From assembly GCA_951406725.2 (NCBI GenBank), contig OX597838.1:37324001-37388000 (forward strand): a stretch of DNA of 64,000 nucleotides. The letters are read 5' to 3'. Position numbers and translations under genes: made by a program. The DNA comes from Octopus vulgaris (Eukaryota). The notes under the pieces were generated by a model. That model worked only from the letters and a program-made list of their open reading frames with translations, was not told the origin of the DNA and made no database searches. Shown here piece by piece: positions 1-12,914 of the stretch (position 1 is its first letter; every line of letters starts with the position of its first letter).

Positions 1-6
1 TATATC

Positions 7-145
7 TATATTGTATAGAGGGCATTAATACACATAAATGCCTCACACTAAGAGGGACAAAGTCATTACTACCATTTTGGTAGTAATGACTTTGTCCCTC
101 TTAGTGTGAGGCATTTATGTGTATTAATGCCCTCTATACAATATA
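7..145. repeat. Perfect fold-back palindrome (68-bp arms, TTT loop at 75-77) in a (TA)n context
   Basis: 7-74 is the exact reverse complement of 78-145 (..gtcattactacca ttt tggtagtaatgac..); a TA/TG microsatellite follows. Confidence 0.95.
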
Positions 146-403
146 TATATATATATATGCATTAACACATGCGTGTGTGTGAGTGTGTATGTATATATGT
201 GTATGTATATATATATATGTATAGATATGTGTGTGTATGTGTATATATATATATATATGTATAGATATGTGTGTGTATGTGTATATATATATATGTATAG
301 ATATGTGTGTGTATGTATATATATATATATATGTGTGTGTGTGCATGTATATATATATGTGTTTGTGTATGTATATATATATATGTGTGTGTGTGTATAT
401 ATA

Positions 404-455
404 AAAGGCGGTGCTCCAGCATGGCCGCAGTCAAATGACTGAAACAAGTAAAAGA
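404..455 (+). mobile_element. 3' tail fragment of SINE family S1
   Basis: aaggcggtgctccagcatggccgcagtcaaatgactgaaacaagtaaaag matches the tail of the full copies (e.g. 5137-5570). Confidence 0.85.
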
Positions 456-471
456 AAAAAAAAAAAGAAAA

Positions 472-514
<43 letters not shown>

Positions 515-1135
515 TATATATTTGTTTGAATGCGTGTATGTTGGTTTTCTTCAGTAATTTGTTATGAGGATTCATTTATTTGTGTGTGTCACTGAGCATG
601 TGAGTTTGTGTGTGTGCGTGACTGAGCATGTGTGTGTGACTGAGCATGTGTGTGTTTGTGTGTGTGTGCCTTTCAATCTATATATGTAAATTTATTTTTA
701 AAAATTTACCTGTGCACTCATGTCTATGTATGTCCATGTGGACAACTGTTTGTTTTCATTTTTAATCATAAAAATCTATATTCACTCATATTTATTTTCT
801 GTTTTTTTTTTCATTATTCTAATTTGTTTATTTTCTTCCATCCTTATTATTATTTTTAATTTTTTTCTTTTTCTATGTTTTGCTTTAAAATCAAATTTTC
901 AGTTTTTACATTAATTTTTCAGTTGCTAAAATTCTTATTTTTATTTAATCTATGTATTTTTTATTTTTGAATTTGATTTTGCTGTTTTATGCTTAATCTT
1001 TTATTTTGTTTATTATTTTCATTATGTATCCCCCACCCCTTCCCCTTAAGGAACAAGGGGGATAGGTTTGAACATGCAAAGCAGAGCATTCACTGCTTGT
1101 GAGTCCTTGCTCAATGGTAGCACAACGAGAATATA

Positions 1136-1369
1136 AGGCGGCGAGCTGGCAGAAACGTTAGCACACCGGGCGAAATTCTTAGCGGTATTTCGTCTGTGGC
1201 TACGTTCTGAGTTCAAATTTCGCCGAGGTCGACTTTGCCTTTCATCCTTTCGGGGTCGATAAAATAAGTACCAGTTATGCACTGGGGTCGATGTAATCGA
1301 CTTAATTCGTTTGTCTGTCCTTGTTTGTCCCCTCTATGTTTAGCCCCTTGTGGGTAGTAAAGAAATAGG
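1136..1369 (+). mobile_element. SINE family S2 (tRNA-like head; central gtcgactttgcctttcatcctttcggggtcgataaa domain)
   Basis: More than 12 near-identical copies in the window; A/B-box-like head (gagctggcagaaacgttag ... gagttcaaattc). Confidence 0.85.
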
Positions 1370-1760
1370 TAGCACAACTGGGAAAACAGAACATAAAAAC
1401 CACACAACGCAACATGTGGCTACATTAAAACTTCTACATGGCTCAATTCGTTTGTACCTGTTTGGACATTTCAGTCAAATATGCTCAACAAACATAAAGA
1501 GGCTTTGTTAACTGTTTAACTGTAGTGGAATTCTATGGGCAATTATTTAATAGACATGACATAAGGGTCTTGTTCAGCTGTGTCCCCTGTGTAAAAATAA
1601 TTTTAGTGAACACCCCTAAACAGCACACAGAGGCGCTATGCTCATGTTGGGTTAGCTCTGAATGCCCAACTCTATGGTTGTGGTCTATGATGCACAGGTG
1701 GTGTCCAGTGGTAGCAGAAGCAATGGCAGTGGCAGGAACAACAGCAACAGCAGCAGCAGT

Positions 1761-1955
1761 GTGGAGGCGCAATGGTCCAGTGGTTAGGGCAGCGGACTCG
1801 CGGTCATAAGAACGCAGTTTCAATTCCCAGATCAGGCATTGTGAGTGTTTATTGAGCAAAAACACCTCAGCTCCACGAGGCTTCGGCGAGGGGTGGGGGA
1901 TGAACCCTGCTGTACTCTTTCACCACATCTTTCTCTCACTCTTTCTTCCTACTTC
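1761..1955 (+). mobile_element. SINE family S3, 5' part (tRNA-derived head)
   Basis: Matches the 5' part of the full-length copy at 59712-60096. Confidence 0.8.
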
Positions 1956-2290
1956 TGCCACAAAGCAGAGGAACCATGGTGTGACCCACTATGGTGTGAC
2001 CCACTATGGTGTGGTAAACTTTCAGACCCTAGTCTAGATTGCGAATCCTCTGTACCTCAGGATGGTTCAGCTCTCCACCCGTTAAAAGCCACCGTTTACT
2101 GAATGAGGATAACAATGTAGCTTTCGCACCCGTGCAACCGCCAGTCTATCGCGTGTGGTGGGTGGATTTTCAAGTTGCCACACGCATTCTTAGTAGCTTA
2201 AAGATTATTCTTCGTGGCTAATGGTGTGAGTCTTGATTGGAAGAAGAAGACAACAGCAGCAACACAAACAATGTAGGGTCACATACATAG

Positions 2291-2610
2291 AAATATGTTG
2301 GAACAATGGAGGGCCCCTTTAAGCTGTGCCTAAATAACCACAGGTTCTCTTTTAGGATCCCAGAGAGGAACAACATTGCAGCATTGGCAAACTAAATTTG
2401 GTGTTTAAAATAACTGGGAATACCATAGAAGAGTAAATTGAAGCTACTAGAACCACCCCACACCTCAATGGATGGAAATGGTGCAAACTTTGCTTAGTCG
2501 AGAGGACAAGGATCCTTAAAAATTTGCTTGTTCTAGGGGCCTTCTTAAATTCAAAAAGTGAAGTGTTTAGTCTATACCCATATGATAGAAAATTCATAAT
2601 TGAATATTGA
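2291..2610 (+). pseudogene. Decayed Penelope-like element ORF, GIY-YIG endonuclease C-terminal part
   Basis: Manual translation gives KYVGTMEGPFKLCLNNHRFSFRIPERNNIAALAN*IWCLK, then after a frameshift GWKWCKLCLVERTRILKNLLVLGAFLNSKSEVFSLYPYDRKF. This matches the PLE motifs YIG.T...FK.R..NH..SF, LS.YIW.LK and C.LCL.EK..I...LN.RSE. Confidence 0.8.
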
Positions 2611-3289
2611 ATGGAAAACATAGAGAAACGTATATGAACTTACCCTTTTCAGACACAACTGAAATTGTTCAAAGGGTGTTGACCCCATCACGCCCAGAAG
2701 AAGTTTCGGTTTGAAAATATTTTCATTTCAGAAGTTTTACACCACCAAGCTGACCAAGATTATATTTTTACCTCCATTTGGGAAGAGGTTATGCACCCTC
2801 AACTAGCAGGTTTGGTGAGTCACTTGTGTTACTATGTGCAATAGTAGACCTGAAACCAATTATAACATTCTAATTAGCCGTAACCAATAATTACATAACA
2901 TGTTATTGCTCAAAAAACACTTCTTTCAGAGCATGGTTTTTATTGGACTTATGGACAACTGACCAAGATATATATATATAAAGGTTTGGTCGCTGTTTAG
3001 TTACATATTTAGGAGTTGGTTATAGATTTACTTATTGTATTTATTTACCAAAACTGTTGTGTATTGGGTAAATGTGTTTGAAAGTCGTGCTTTCTTTGGC
3101 ATGTTTGTTCCCAAACAACACTTATTTTAGTGCTGTTGACATTGCTGGACTGAATGGTAGTGCCCAGGTGTCAAAACCATAATGATATCTGTAGGGCAGC
3201 TGATGATGGAGGTATGTTGGATTGTTGGTATGGCTGTTTTTGTATATGTGGAATAGTATTATAACACAGCGTTTTGATATATATATATA

Positions 3290-4053
3290 TATGTCGCTTG
3301 TCGTTGGGTTTTCCCACGCCCGTCTCCGCGGGACCACTCTTCCATCTTCCCCTCCGCTGGAGTCCTTTTCCTAACCCCCCCCCCTTTTTTTTTTTTTTTT
3401 CGTTACACACACGCGCACACATATACACACATTGCTTAAACATATACATTACTCTTACACACATTCAATCTACTCGCCACTAATACTACCACGACACTGG
3501 ACACACACACACACTACTACTCAACACACGCTGGCACGCTACATACGCCCCCACCCCTTCTCCTCCCTCCCTTCCTCCCTTTTCTTACTACTGACCTTTG
3601 TCTGCTATGCTGCTGCTATGCTGACCACCGTCTTGCCCTACCTCACACGCCTACACACAGACGCACACACTAACACATACATATATTTTTTGTTTTTTTA
3701 CCTCGCCTCACACACACACATACACACACGCACACACTCACACATACACACACATCTGTTGCGTTACCAACCTTGTCTCCACTCTTTTGCCTTTAAAAAC
3801 CCACTTTGCTCTTGTTATCGTAAACATCCGCCTTTCACCATGTGCTACTCCTAACACCAGTCGTTTTTTTTCTCTATCTCCGTTGCCCGCTCCGGGATCT
3901 TTCTTTCCCTCTCTTCCTTCTTTATGTTTCCGACGAAGAGCTCCGCTCGAAACGTCATACCTCCCTGCTTCCATTTCCTGAGCGCCTATTAATAATAATA
4001 CTGTAATTGTTCCATTGTTGTTGTTTTTTTGTTTCCCGTTTGGATTAAAATTA

Positions 4054-4072
<19 letters not shown>
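3290..4072 (+). mobile_element. (TA)n-embedded PLE-like insert ending in a family-C-like pLTR with a degenerate hammerhead (3930-3956)
   Basis: Flanked by (TA)n on both sides. Contains ccgacga-a-gagc tcc gctc-gaaac-gtc followed by tcctgagcg..., similar to family C copies at 29003, 36846 and 38186. Confidence 0.6.
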
Positions 4073-4087
<15 letters not shown>

Positions 4088-4131
4088 AGTCAGTAAATGG
4101 TGGGGTTGTTTTAATTGCATGTGGAGAAATG

Positions 4132-4440
4132 ATAGAAAAGGAAAAAATAATAATAATAAGGCAGAATGCTAAATTGAAAGCAAATTTTAATATAAATGGA
4201 TGTAAGAAAGATTAAAAAAGAAAATCAAAACGGCTTCATTGTAAGGCAAATTTTCAAGATGAGGAAGGACAAAAAAAAATTTTTTTTGAATTGTTTTTCC
4301 CCTTCCTCATCTTAAAAGCATTTTTTGTTCCCTTCCTCATCTTGAAAATTTGCCTTGTAAGGAAAGCCAGTTTGATTTCCTTTTTTAATCTTTCTTACAC
4401 CCATTTATATTAAAATTTGCTTTCAATTTAGCATTCTGCC

Positions 4441-4472
<32 letters not shown>

Positions 4473-4486
4473 TATTCCTTTCCTAT
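4132..4486. repeat. Imperfect inverted repeat (~140-bp arms) between (TA)n tracts
   Basis: taataaggcagaatgctaaattgaaagcaaattttaatataaatgg... versus ...ccatttatattaaaatttgctttcaatttagcattctgccttatta. Confidence 0.9.
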
Positions 4487-5136
4487 ATATATATATATAA
4501 CATATTATTAATATGGTCAGGTTAGTTAATGATTGTATTTCTAGTCAACGGAATATCAACGAGGCTTTAGCCATCCCATTTGTGAGTAACATATCCATAA
4601 TGTTTGTCTCTTGTTCTGGGAAACACCAAACTGAAAATGCTTGTCTTGAGTAATAGGAAACTGATAATTTTCAAAATCCTGCATTGCATGATAATGTGTG
4701 AACTCCACACTGACTAATAAGAAAAATAATAATGCTTGGATCCTTCCTGATAATGCTTGAATTCTTTTCCTGAATTTTAAGTAAGCTTATGTTAACAGAA
4801 ATTTTTGCTTTCGTTAATGTCAAATTGATAATGCTTGTATCTGTCTTCATTGATGTCTCATCAATAATGTTTGATCTGCGGCTGCCACGTACTGCATATT
4901 TGAAACCGTGGTCTATGCCTTTGTTGTCTTGAAAATATTGTAGATATTTTAACCACAAAGTCATTATTAAACCCCCATAAACATTATGTTAACTACATAA
5001 CCATTAAACCTATATACACCAAATTTATAACTCCATAACCATCATTAAACCTCCTTAGCCATCATTACTAAACAGGCATAAACATGTCCAAGATATGATT
5101 GATATATATGTATGTGTATATATGTATGGTATATAT

Positions 5137-5305
5137 AGGCGCAGGAGTGGCTGTGTGGTAAGTAGCTTGCTAACCAACCACATGGTTCCGGGTTCAGTCC
5201 CACTGCGTGGCATCTTGGGCAAGTGTCTTCTGCTATAGCCCCGGGCCGACCAATGCCTTGTGAGTGGATGTGGTAGACGGAAACTGAAAGAAGCCTGTCG
5301 TATAT

Positions 5306-5363
<58 letters not shown>

Positions 5364-5570
5364 TTGTGTGTCTGTGTTTGACCCCCACACCATTGCTTGA
5401 CAACCGATGCTGGTGCGTTTACGTCCCCGTCATTTAGTGGTTCGGCAAAAGAGACCGATAGAATAAGTACTGGGCTTACAAAGAATAAGTCCCGGGGTCA
5501 ATTTGCTCGACTAAAGGCGGTGCTCCAGCATGGTCGCAGTTAAATGACTGAAACAAGTAAAAGTAAAAGT
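5137..5570 (+). mobile_element. SINE family S1, full length (tRNA-derived head, internal TA/TG microsatellite, LINE-like tail)
   Basis: Head ggcgcaggagtggctgtgtggtaag...ccgggttcagtccc; about 15 copies in the window. Confidence 0.9.
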
Positions 5571-6118
5571 ATGTATGTACGTGTGTGTGTGTGTGTGTGT
5601 GTGTGTAGAGTTTACTGTTCTGTTGAGGTAGGATCAATAAAAGAAATGCACCATTCTTGTGAATATTGGGGGGTGGGTGTATGTTTGTTCCCCACCATTG
5701 CTTGACAACTGGTGTAGTTTTGTTTACGTCCCTGTGACTTAGTAGTTTAGCAAAAGTGATCGATAGAATAAATATTCCAGTTGATTTGTTTAATTAAAAG
5801 TTCTTCAAAGTGATGTCTCAGCATGGCTGAGGTCTAATCAGTAAAACAAGTAAATTTATACATATATAAATACATATATATGTATATCAGTGTGTGTGTA
5901 GCCCCGGGCCGACCAATGCCTTGTGAATGGATTTGGTAGATGGAAACTGAAAGAAGCCCGTTGTATATATGTATGTATATATGTGTGTGTGTGTATGTTT
6001 GTGTATCTGTGTTTGTCCCCCTAGCATTGCTTGACAACCGATGCTGGTGTGTTTACGTCCCCGTTACTTAGCGGTTTGGCAAAAGAGACTGATGAAGATT
6101 ATATATACATATATATAT

Positions 6119-6482
6119 AGGTGCAGGAGTGGCTGTGTGGCAAGTAGCTTGCCAACCAGCCACATGGTTCCGGGTTCAGTCCTACTGTGTGACATCTTGG
6201 GCAAGTGTCTTCTACTATAGCCTTGTGAGTGGATTTGGTAGATGGAAACTGAAAGAAGCCTGACATATATGTATATATATATAAGTGTGTGTGTCTGTGT
6301 TTGTACCCCTAGCTTGACAACAATGCTGGTATGTTTACGTCCCCGTCACTTAGCGGTTCAGCAAAAAGAGACCGATAGAATAAGTACTGGGCTTACAAAG
6401 AATAAGTCCCGGGGTCGATTTGCTCGACTAGAGGCATGGCCGCAGTCAAATGACTGAAACAAGTAAAAAGAGTAATAGAGTA
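6119..6482 (+). mobile_element. SINE family S1 (partial copies also at ~5680-5850 and ~5897-6095)
   Basis: Aligns by eye to 5137-5570. Confidence 0.85.
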
Positions 6483-6522
<40 letters not shown>

Positions 6523-6919
6523 TTCTGTGTAATGTTCACACTCACATAGATGCAGTTACAGACATACACAAACGTATGTATGCGTGAGTGTTACAAAAAA
6601 AAACAAAAAATGCGAGTGAAAATGCAGAGGACAGCTCAAGGGAGAAGGAAACATTATTTTTGTTTCATTTTAGCATCTCTTTCACGTGTCTCTGGTCTTC
6701 CCTTTTTATTCAATTATCAACGATGTGAACAGAAGAGCGAAATGGTGGAGAGAAGGAGAGGTGGAGAGGTGGAGGGGTGTTGTAAGCTGTACCATTAGAC
6801 TTCTCAATAAAGATAGCATTTCTTAGCAAGAACAACGGTCTTAGCTCTTTCTTCCCTTTCTCTCTTTCTCTCTAATCATCATCATTATCCAATCAATAAC
6901 AATAACGACAGCAAAAATA

Positions 6920-7821
6920 ATTTGACTTCATATTTCTCCCTAACCACAATCATTTCTCTCCCTCTCTCTCTCATTCATTCACTATCTCTCATTCATTCAC
7001 TCTCTCTCTCTCTCATTCACACACTCTCTCTCATTCACACACACTCTCTCTCTCTCATTCACTCTCTCTCTCTCTCTCATTTTACACTCTCTCTCTCATT
7101 CACTCTCTCTCTGTCTCATTCACTCTCTCTCTCTCTCGTTCACTCCCTCTCTCTCATTCTCTCTCTCTCATTCACTCTCTCTCATTTGCTTGTTCTTTCT
7201 GTTCTGGGCTCTCTCTCTTTCTTTCTTTCCTTCATTCTCCCCCTCTTCTTTCTCATTCATTCTCCTTTTTCTCTCTCTCTCATTCATTCATTCCGTCCCA
7301 TCATCTTTGTCTGGCTGTCTTTCTTTTCATCCATTCCCCCTCCCCATTCTTTCTGTCTTTCTTTCATTCATTCTCTCCTTCTCATTCACATGCTCTTTCT
7401 GACTTCTTATCTCTCTTTCACTGTCGCTTGTTTTTTTCTGTTCTGGGTTCTCTCTCTCCTTTTCCTTCCTTCCTTCTCCCCACTTCTTTCTCTTTTTCTT
7501 ATTCATTCATTGTCCCATCATCTTTGGCTGTCTGTCTCTCTTTTCATCCATTCTCCCCCACCCATTCTTTCTATGATTCATTCCTTCTCTCTCTCATTTT
7601 TTCTCTTTCATTCTTTCTCTCTCTCTCTCTCTCTCTCGTTCTTTCTCTCTTCCTTCCTCTCTTTCTCTCTTCTGTGTCTCTCAACTTCTGTTTGTAACAC
7701 CTTTATCCTCTCACCTCTGTCTCCATACAAGACTACCCACATCCTTTCTCTCTCCTCATTCCTCTCCCTTTTCATTCCTTCTCTCTCTCTCCTTCTCTGC
7801 CTCCTCCTTCCTCTCCTACAG
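6920..7821 (+). repeat. ~900-bp CT-rich (CT/CATT) low-complexity polypyrimidine tract ending in CTACAG
   Basis: Direct composition; ends at an acceptor-like AG at 7820-7821. Confidence 0.9.
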
Positions 7822-8434
7822 CATTAGCCACACCAACTCCCACTTCATGGCAAAGCATTCCCTTCTTCTCCAGACATGTCCAGTCAAAGACAAGACAAAC
7901 TTCATTGCCGACACCACCACCACCTTCCCTTCCACCAACCTCTCTTCCACCACAAAAAAAACACAACAACAACCACCACCACAACTGCCTTGTCATCCTC
8001 ACATGGGACTGTCTTGGATTATTTTATTGTGCCAAAAACTTCTGAAGACAATGGAGCCTGAATAGCAATGAGCTAATGGAATCTCTCAAGTAGAACTAAG
8101 TTGAATTAGAGCCAAACCAGAAGATTCCAGAGAACTTTTAGCAATCCTGGAAGTCTGAAAGTTTTCTGCGGCTGGTCACTAATTCCAATGACGCTCTACA
8201 GATTACCACCAACAGGTTAATTCTATAACGTCACCTTTTTATTTTAAAGAATGCTCTGGGGATGGACGGGTCATTGCATGTCTTGTTTTTTTTTATTGTT
8301 TTTAATGGTGTTTTTTTGTTGTTTTTTTTGGGGGGGGGTATTTAGTTTTTGGTTTTAGAGGGTGGTTGTGGGTAGTGGGGGGTTGGGTATATTTTGTTTC
8401 TGATTTTATTTTAGGCTATTTATTTAGCAATAGT

Positions 8435-9000
8435 ATGATGGTGATGTTGGGGTGGTAGCACTGATGATGTTGGCTGTGGTGGTGGTGATGATAGTTGTGG
8501 TAGTGGTGGTGGTGATGATGGTGGTGGTGATGATGATGGTGGTAGGTGGTGGTGGTGGTGATGATGATGGTGGTGGTGATGATGATGGTGGTGTTGGTAG
8601 TTGTGGTAGTGGTGGTGGTGGTGATGATAGTTGTGGTAGTGGTGGTGATGATGATAGTGGTGATGATGATAGTTGTGGTAGTGGTGGTGGTGGTGATGAT
8701 AGTTGTGGTGAGTGGTGATGGTGGTGATGATGATGGTAGTGATGATGATAGTTGTGGTAGTGGTGGTGGTGGTGATGATGATAGTTGTGGTAGTGGTGGT
8801 GATGATGGTGGTGGTGATGATGATGATGGTGGTGGTGATGATGATGGTGGTGGTGATGATGATGGTGGTGGTGATGATGATGGTGGTGATGATGATATTT
8901 GTGGTAGTGGTGGTGATGATGCTGGTTGTACTGATGGTGGTGGTAATGATGTTACTGGTATTGTTGGTGATGGTGGTAGTAATGTTAAGTGGTGGGGGAG
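8435..9000. repeat. Degenerate (GGT/GAT/AGT)n trinucleotide tract
   Basis: Direct sequence; the ORFs here are poly-V/M/D/H artefacts. Confidence 0.9.
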
Positions 9001-9438
9001 GGAGTAAATGAAACGTTTGGGTGGGGGCGAGGTGGAAAATGAAATGCATTTTTCTTTTTATATGTATGTATTTGTATGCAAAAGAGATACGCCCTGGCAC
9101 TAGCAGCAATGACAACAACAACATTCGCAACTGTAACAACAACAACAACAGTCGCAAATGAAAGCGTACACACACACACTAATAGAGTCACGCATGTACA
9201 TATACACACAGGTTTACATATTCGCATACAGAGCAGAGGCACTTGCAAACATTCACACACTTTCAAGAACACACACTAAAAGCATTCTCACACATTTTCA
9301 TACACACATATATATATACACACACACATATACATGCACACTCACACACATATATATATATATCCACGCAGATACATGCATATATATATATATACATACA
9401 CACACACATCTATATCCCTACATAGATACATGCACATC

Positions 9439-9479
<41 letters not shown>

Positions 9480-9576
9480 GTCTATATTCACACATAGATA
9501 CATGCACATCTACATATATATATATATATATACACATGCACACACATCTATATCCATACATAGATACTTGCACATC

Positions 9577-9610
<34 letters not shown>

Positions 9611-10075
9611 TCTATATCCTCACATAGATACATGCATATGCATATACATGCACATATATATGTATATCCACACATATGTATATATGCATATGTATATGCA
9701 CATACACATTCGCACACACACATGGATACAGATGCACAAATATACACAGACACACACATAAATTTATGAATACACATGCATGCAAGTATTTCGTCCGCAG
9801 ACATCTACACTTACAAACCTACTCATGCACACACACACACACACACACATATATAAATAAATTATACAAAACAAATACAATAAACACAATAAAAAAAGGA
9901 ACCAAAAGACTGTTCTGGAATAAATAAATAATGGTGGTTCTTTTAACCTGAATAGTCTAATGTCACCACTTTAACCATTTTCGTGTTCTGTGCACGAATG
10001 TGCATGTATATATAGATGCGTATATATACGTACATCTGTGCATATGCAAACATGTTTTGGTATATATGTGAGTAA

Positions 10076-10308
10076 AGGCTGTGAGCTGGCAGAAACGTTA
10101 GCACGCTGGGCGAAATGCTGAGCAGTATTTCGTCTGCCGCTACGTTCTGAGTTCAAATTCTGCCGAGGTCGACTTTGCCTTTCAAAATTTTTGGGGTCGA
10201 TTAAATAAGTACCAATTATGCACTGGGGTCGATATAATCAACTTAATCCGTTTGTCTGCCCTTGTTTGTCCTCTCTGTCTTTAGCCCCTTGTGGGTAGTA
10301 AAGAAATA
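10076..10308 (+). mobile_element. SINE family S2
   Basis: Matches 1136-1369. Confidence 0.85.
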
Positions 10309-10365
10309 TGTATATATGTGTGTATGCATATATGTATATGTGAATGTATGTGTACACGTGTGTAT

Positions 10366-10752
10366 ACTCTTTTACTTGTTTCATTCATTTTGACTGCGGC
10401 CATGCTGGAGCACCGCCTTCTAGTCGAGCAAATCGACCCCAGGACTTATTCTTTGTAAGCCTAGTACTTATTCTATCGGTCTCTTTTGCTGAACCGCTAA
10501 GTTACCAGGACGTAAACACACCAGCATCGGTTGTCAAGCAATGGTGTGGGGGACAAACACAGACACACAAACATATACATACACACACACATATATACAT
10601 ATATACGACGGGCTTCTTCCAGTTTCCGTCTACCAAATCCACTCACAAGGCTTTGGTTGGCCCGAGGCTATAGTAGAAGACACTTGCCCAAGGTGGGACT
10701 GAACCCAGAACCATGTGGTTGGTAAGCAAGCTACTTACCACACATCCACTTC
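10366..10752 (-). mobile_element. SINE family S1
   Basis: Reverse complement of the S1 consensus. Confidence 0.85.
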
Positions 10753-11089
10753 TGCTGTTCCATTTTTTAAAGCATAGAGCTGATGTCACATCAAGCATTG
10801 AATCAGGTGTGAAGAAGTTTTGGCTCCTTCTATCAAGATTCCAGGGTCACCCATGATGGAGGCCAAAGAACTCTGGCACAACAGCATGAGCTTTGTCAAG
10901 TCAAATGCTGCAACTCTGGGCCAGAGGTTTCATGGTTCTTCTTGCTGCACCACTTGTCCTCTCTCTCTTGAACCAGATCTAATGGCTTGCTTTCTAACCT
11001 AGTATTTGTTACATGTTAACAAGAATATATATCTGCAGTTGGCAAATATGAACAGAGCAGAGTATATCTCTTAACAATTAAACATCACG

Positions 11090-11758
11090 ATTTGGACTGC
11101 ATTTCGAGCGTGATCGTTCCGAGCGTCACCTTACTGGCACTTGTGCCCGTGCTAGTAGGATGCTAAGAGCATCATCAGAGCATGATCGTTGCCAGAGCAG
11201 CCAACTGGCTTCCATGCCATTGGCATGTAAAAGGGCACCATTCGAGCATGATCATTACCAAAGTCGCCTTACAGGCACCTGTGCTGGGGGCATGTGTAAA
11301 AGGATTTGAGTGAGGTCGTTGTCAGTACCGCCTGACTGCCCCCCCCCCCATAATGGTGGCACGTAAAAAGCACCCACTACACTCTCAGAGTGGTTGGCAT
11401 TAGGAAGGGCATCCAGCTGTAGAAACTCTGAAAAATCAAGATTGGAGCCTGGTGTAGCCATCTATTTCTTTATTGCCCACAGGGGGCTAAACATAGAGGG
11501 GACAAACAAAGACAGACAAAGGGATTAAGTCAAATACATCGACCCCATTGCGTAACTGGTACTTATTTGATCGACCCCGAAATGATGAAAGGCAAAGTCG
11601 ACCTTGGCGGAATTTGATCTCAAAACGTAGCGGCAGACGAAATACGGCTACACATTTCGCCCGGCCTGGTGCAGCCATCTGGTTCGCCAGCCCTCAGTCA
11701 AAATCGTCCAACCCATGCTAGCATGGAAAGCGGACGTTAAACGATGATGATGATGATG
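11090..11758 (+). mobile_element. Retroposon 3' end with (GAT)n tail (RTE-type tail; other copies ~14105-14175, 14575-14745, 17109-17400), interrupted by an S2 SINE
   Basis: ggcattaggaagggcatccagctgtagaaact ... acccatgctagcatggaaagcggacgttaaacgatgatgatg; the reverse complement recurs at 17109-17400. Confidence 0.75.
11464..11663 (-). mobile_element. 5'-truncated S2 SINE with a 17-bp target-site duplication
   Basis: gcctggtgtagccatct (11447-11463) and gcctggtgcagccatct (11664-11680) flank it, with 1 mismatch. Confidence 0.85.
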
Positions 11759-12229
11759 CCTTCCCCATTCGTCAGCTCCTCAAAAGAAGAAATAAAGGTC
11801 TAATTACATAGGAACCATGAAGTGCAATTCAAACACACACAATCAAATTCTAAACACATCTTCCGTTACAGTTTCAAGAGGTTTAGCAGCAGCATAAAAC
11901 CAACCATCATATGGATTGATAGAACACTGCATCTTTTCACCAGATAGGTGATCAATAAAAAAAATAAAAACAGAAAAAAACGATTACCAAATGCAAAAAT
12001 ACATAAAAATAGAAGAAAAAACAATTATAACAAACACATCAACATTTCCTTTGCAAAATTGAGCTCGTCGATCAAAACGCTGATAATGTCAATGTGTTAT
12101 ATAATTGACTCATATTTCTGAAAACGTAAATGGCTACATATAAAATTCAGCATATATCGCAGCATTAGTTTAGAGTAAATTTGATTGGCTGTTACAAGAT
12201 CAGCTCAAACAGTGACTATACAATTATAC

Positions 12230-12414
12230 ATGTGTGTGCGTGTGTCTATGCACATGTGTGTGTATATATATGTATGTATATATATATATATATATGTGTA
12301 TGTATATATGTATGTATATATATACGTGTGTATGTATGTATATATATATATGTATATATATACGTGTATGTATGTATGTATATATATATGTATGTATATA
12401 CGTGTGTATGTATG

Positions 12415-12454
<40 letters not shown>

Positions 12455-12502
12455 TGTATATATATATATATGTATGTATATATATATATATATGTATGTA
12501 TG

Positions 12503-12537
<35 letters not shown>

Positions 12538-12592
12538 GTATGTATATATATATATGTATGTATGTATATATATATATGTATATATATGTATG

Positions 12593-12625
<33 letters not shown>

Positions 12626-12871
12626 ATATATATATATATATGTATGTATATATATATATGTATGTATGTATGTGTATGTATGTAAATGGCATAGGTAAAC
12701 ACAGTTTGAGATTCAAAAGGAACAACAACAACAACAACAACAGGTATATATATTCACGAACGTCTCTTACTGTCGGTTGAATATGGTGCTTGGTGAAATT
12801 GATGTTTGTGCTTCCAAGTGAATGTACACACAAAAACTTGCAAGCATAAGTACTAACATAGAGTAAATAAA

Positions 12872-12914
<43 letters not shown>

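Noticed and set aside
4671-4964. 97-aa minus-strand ORF in unique sequence
   Set aside because: No recognisable motif or splice signals; it may be an old transposon remnant but cannot be supported.
5055-5393. Recurrent peptide RQASFSFRLPNPLTR..PRSGTEPGTMWLVSKLLTTQPLLR seen in many ORFs
   Set aside because: Antisense translation of SINE S1, not a gene family.
6922-7827. 301-aa L/S/F-rich ORF resembling a membrane protein
   Set aside because: Translation of a CT-rich low-complexity tract.
8420-9175. His/Thr/Asp-rich ORFs
   Set aside because: Trinucleotide repeat that is open in most frames, with no splice or domain evidence.
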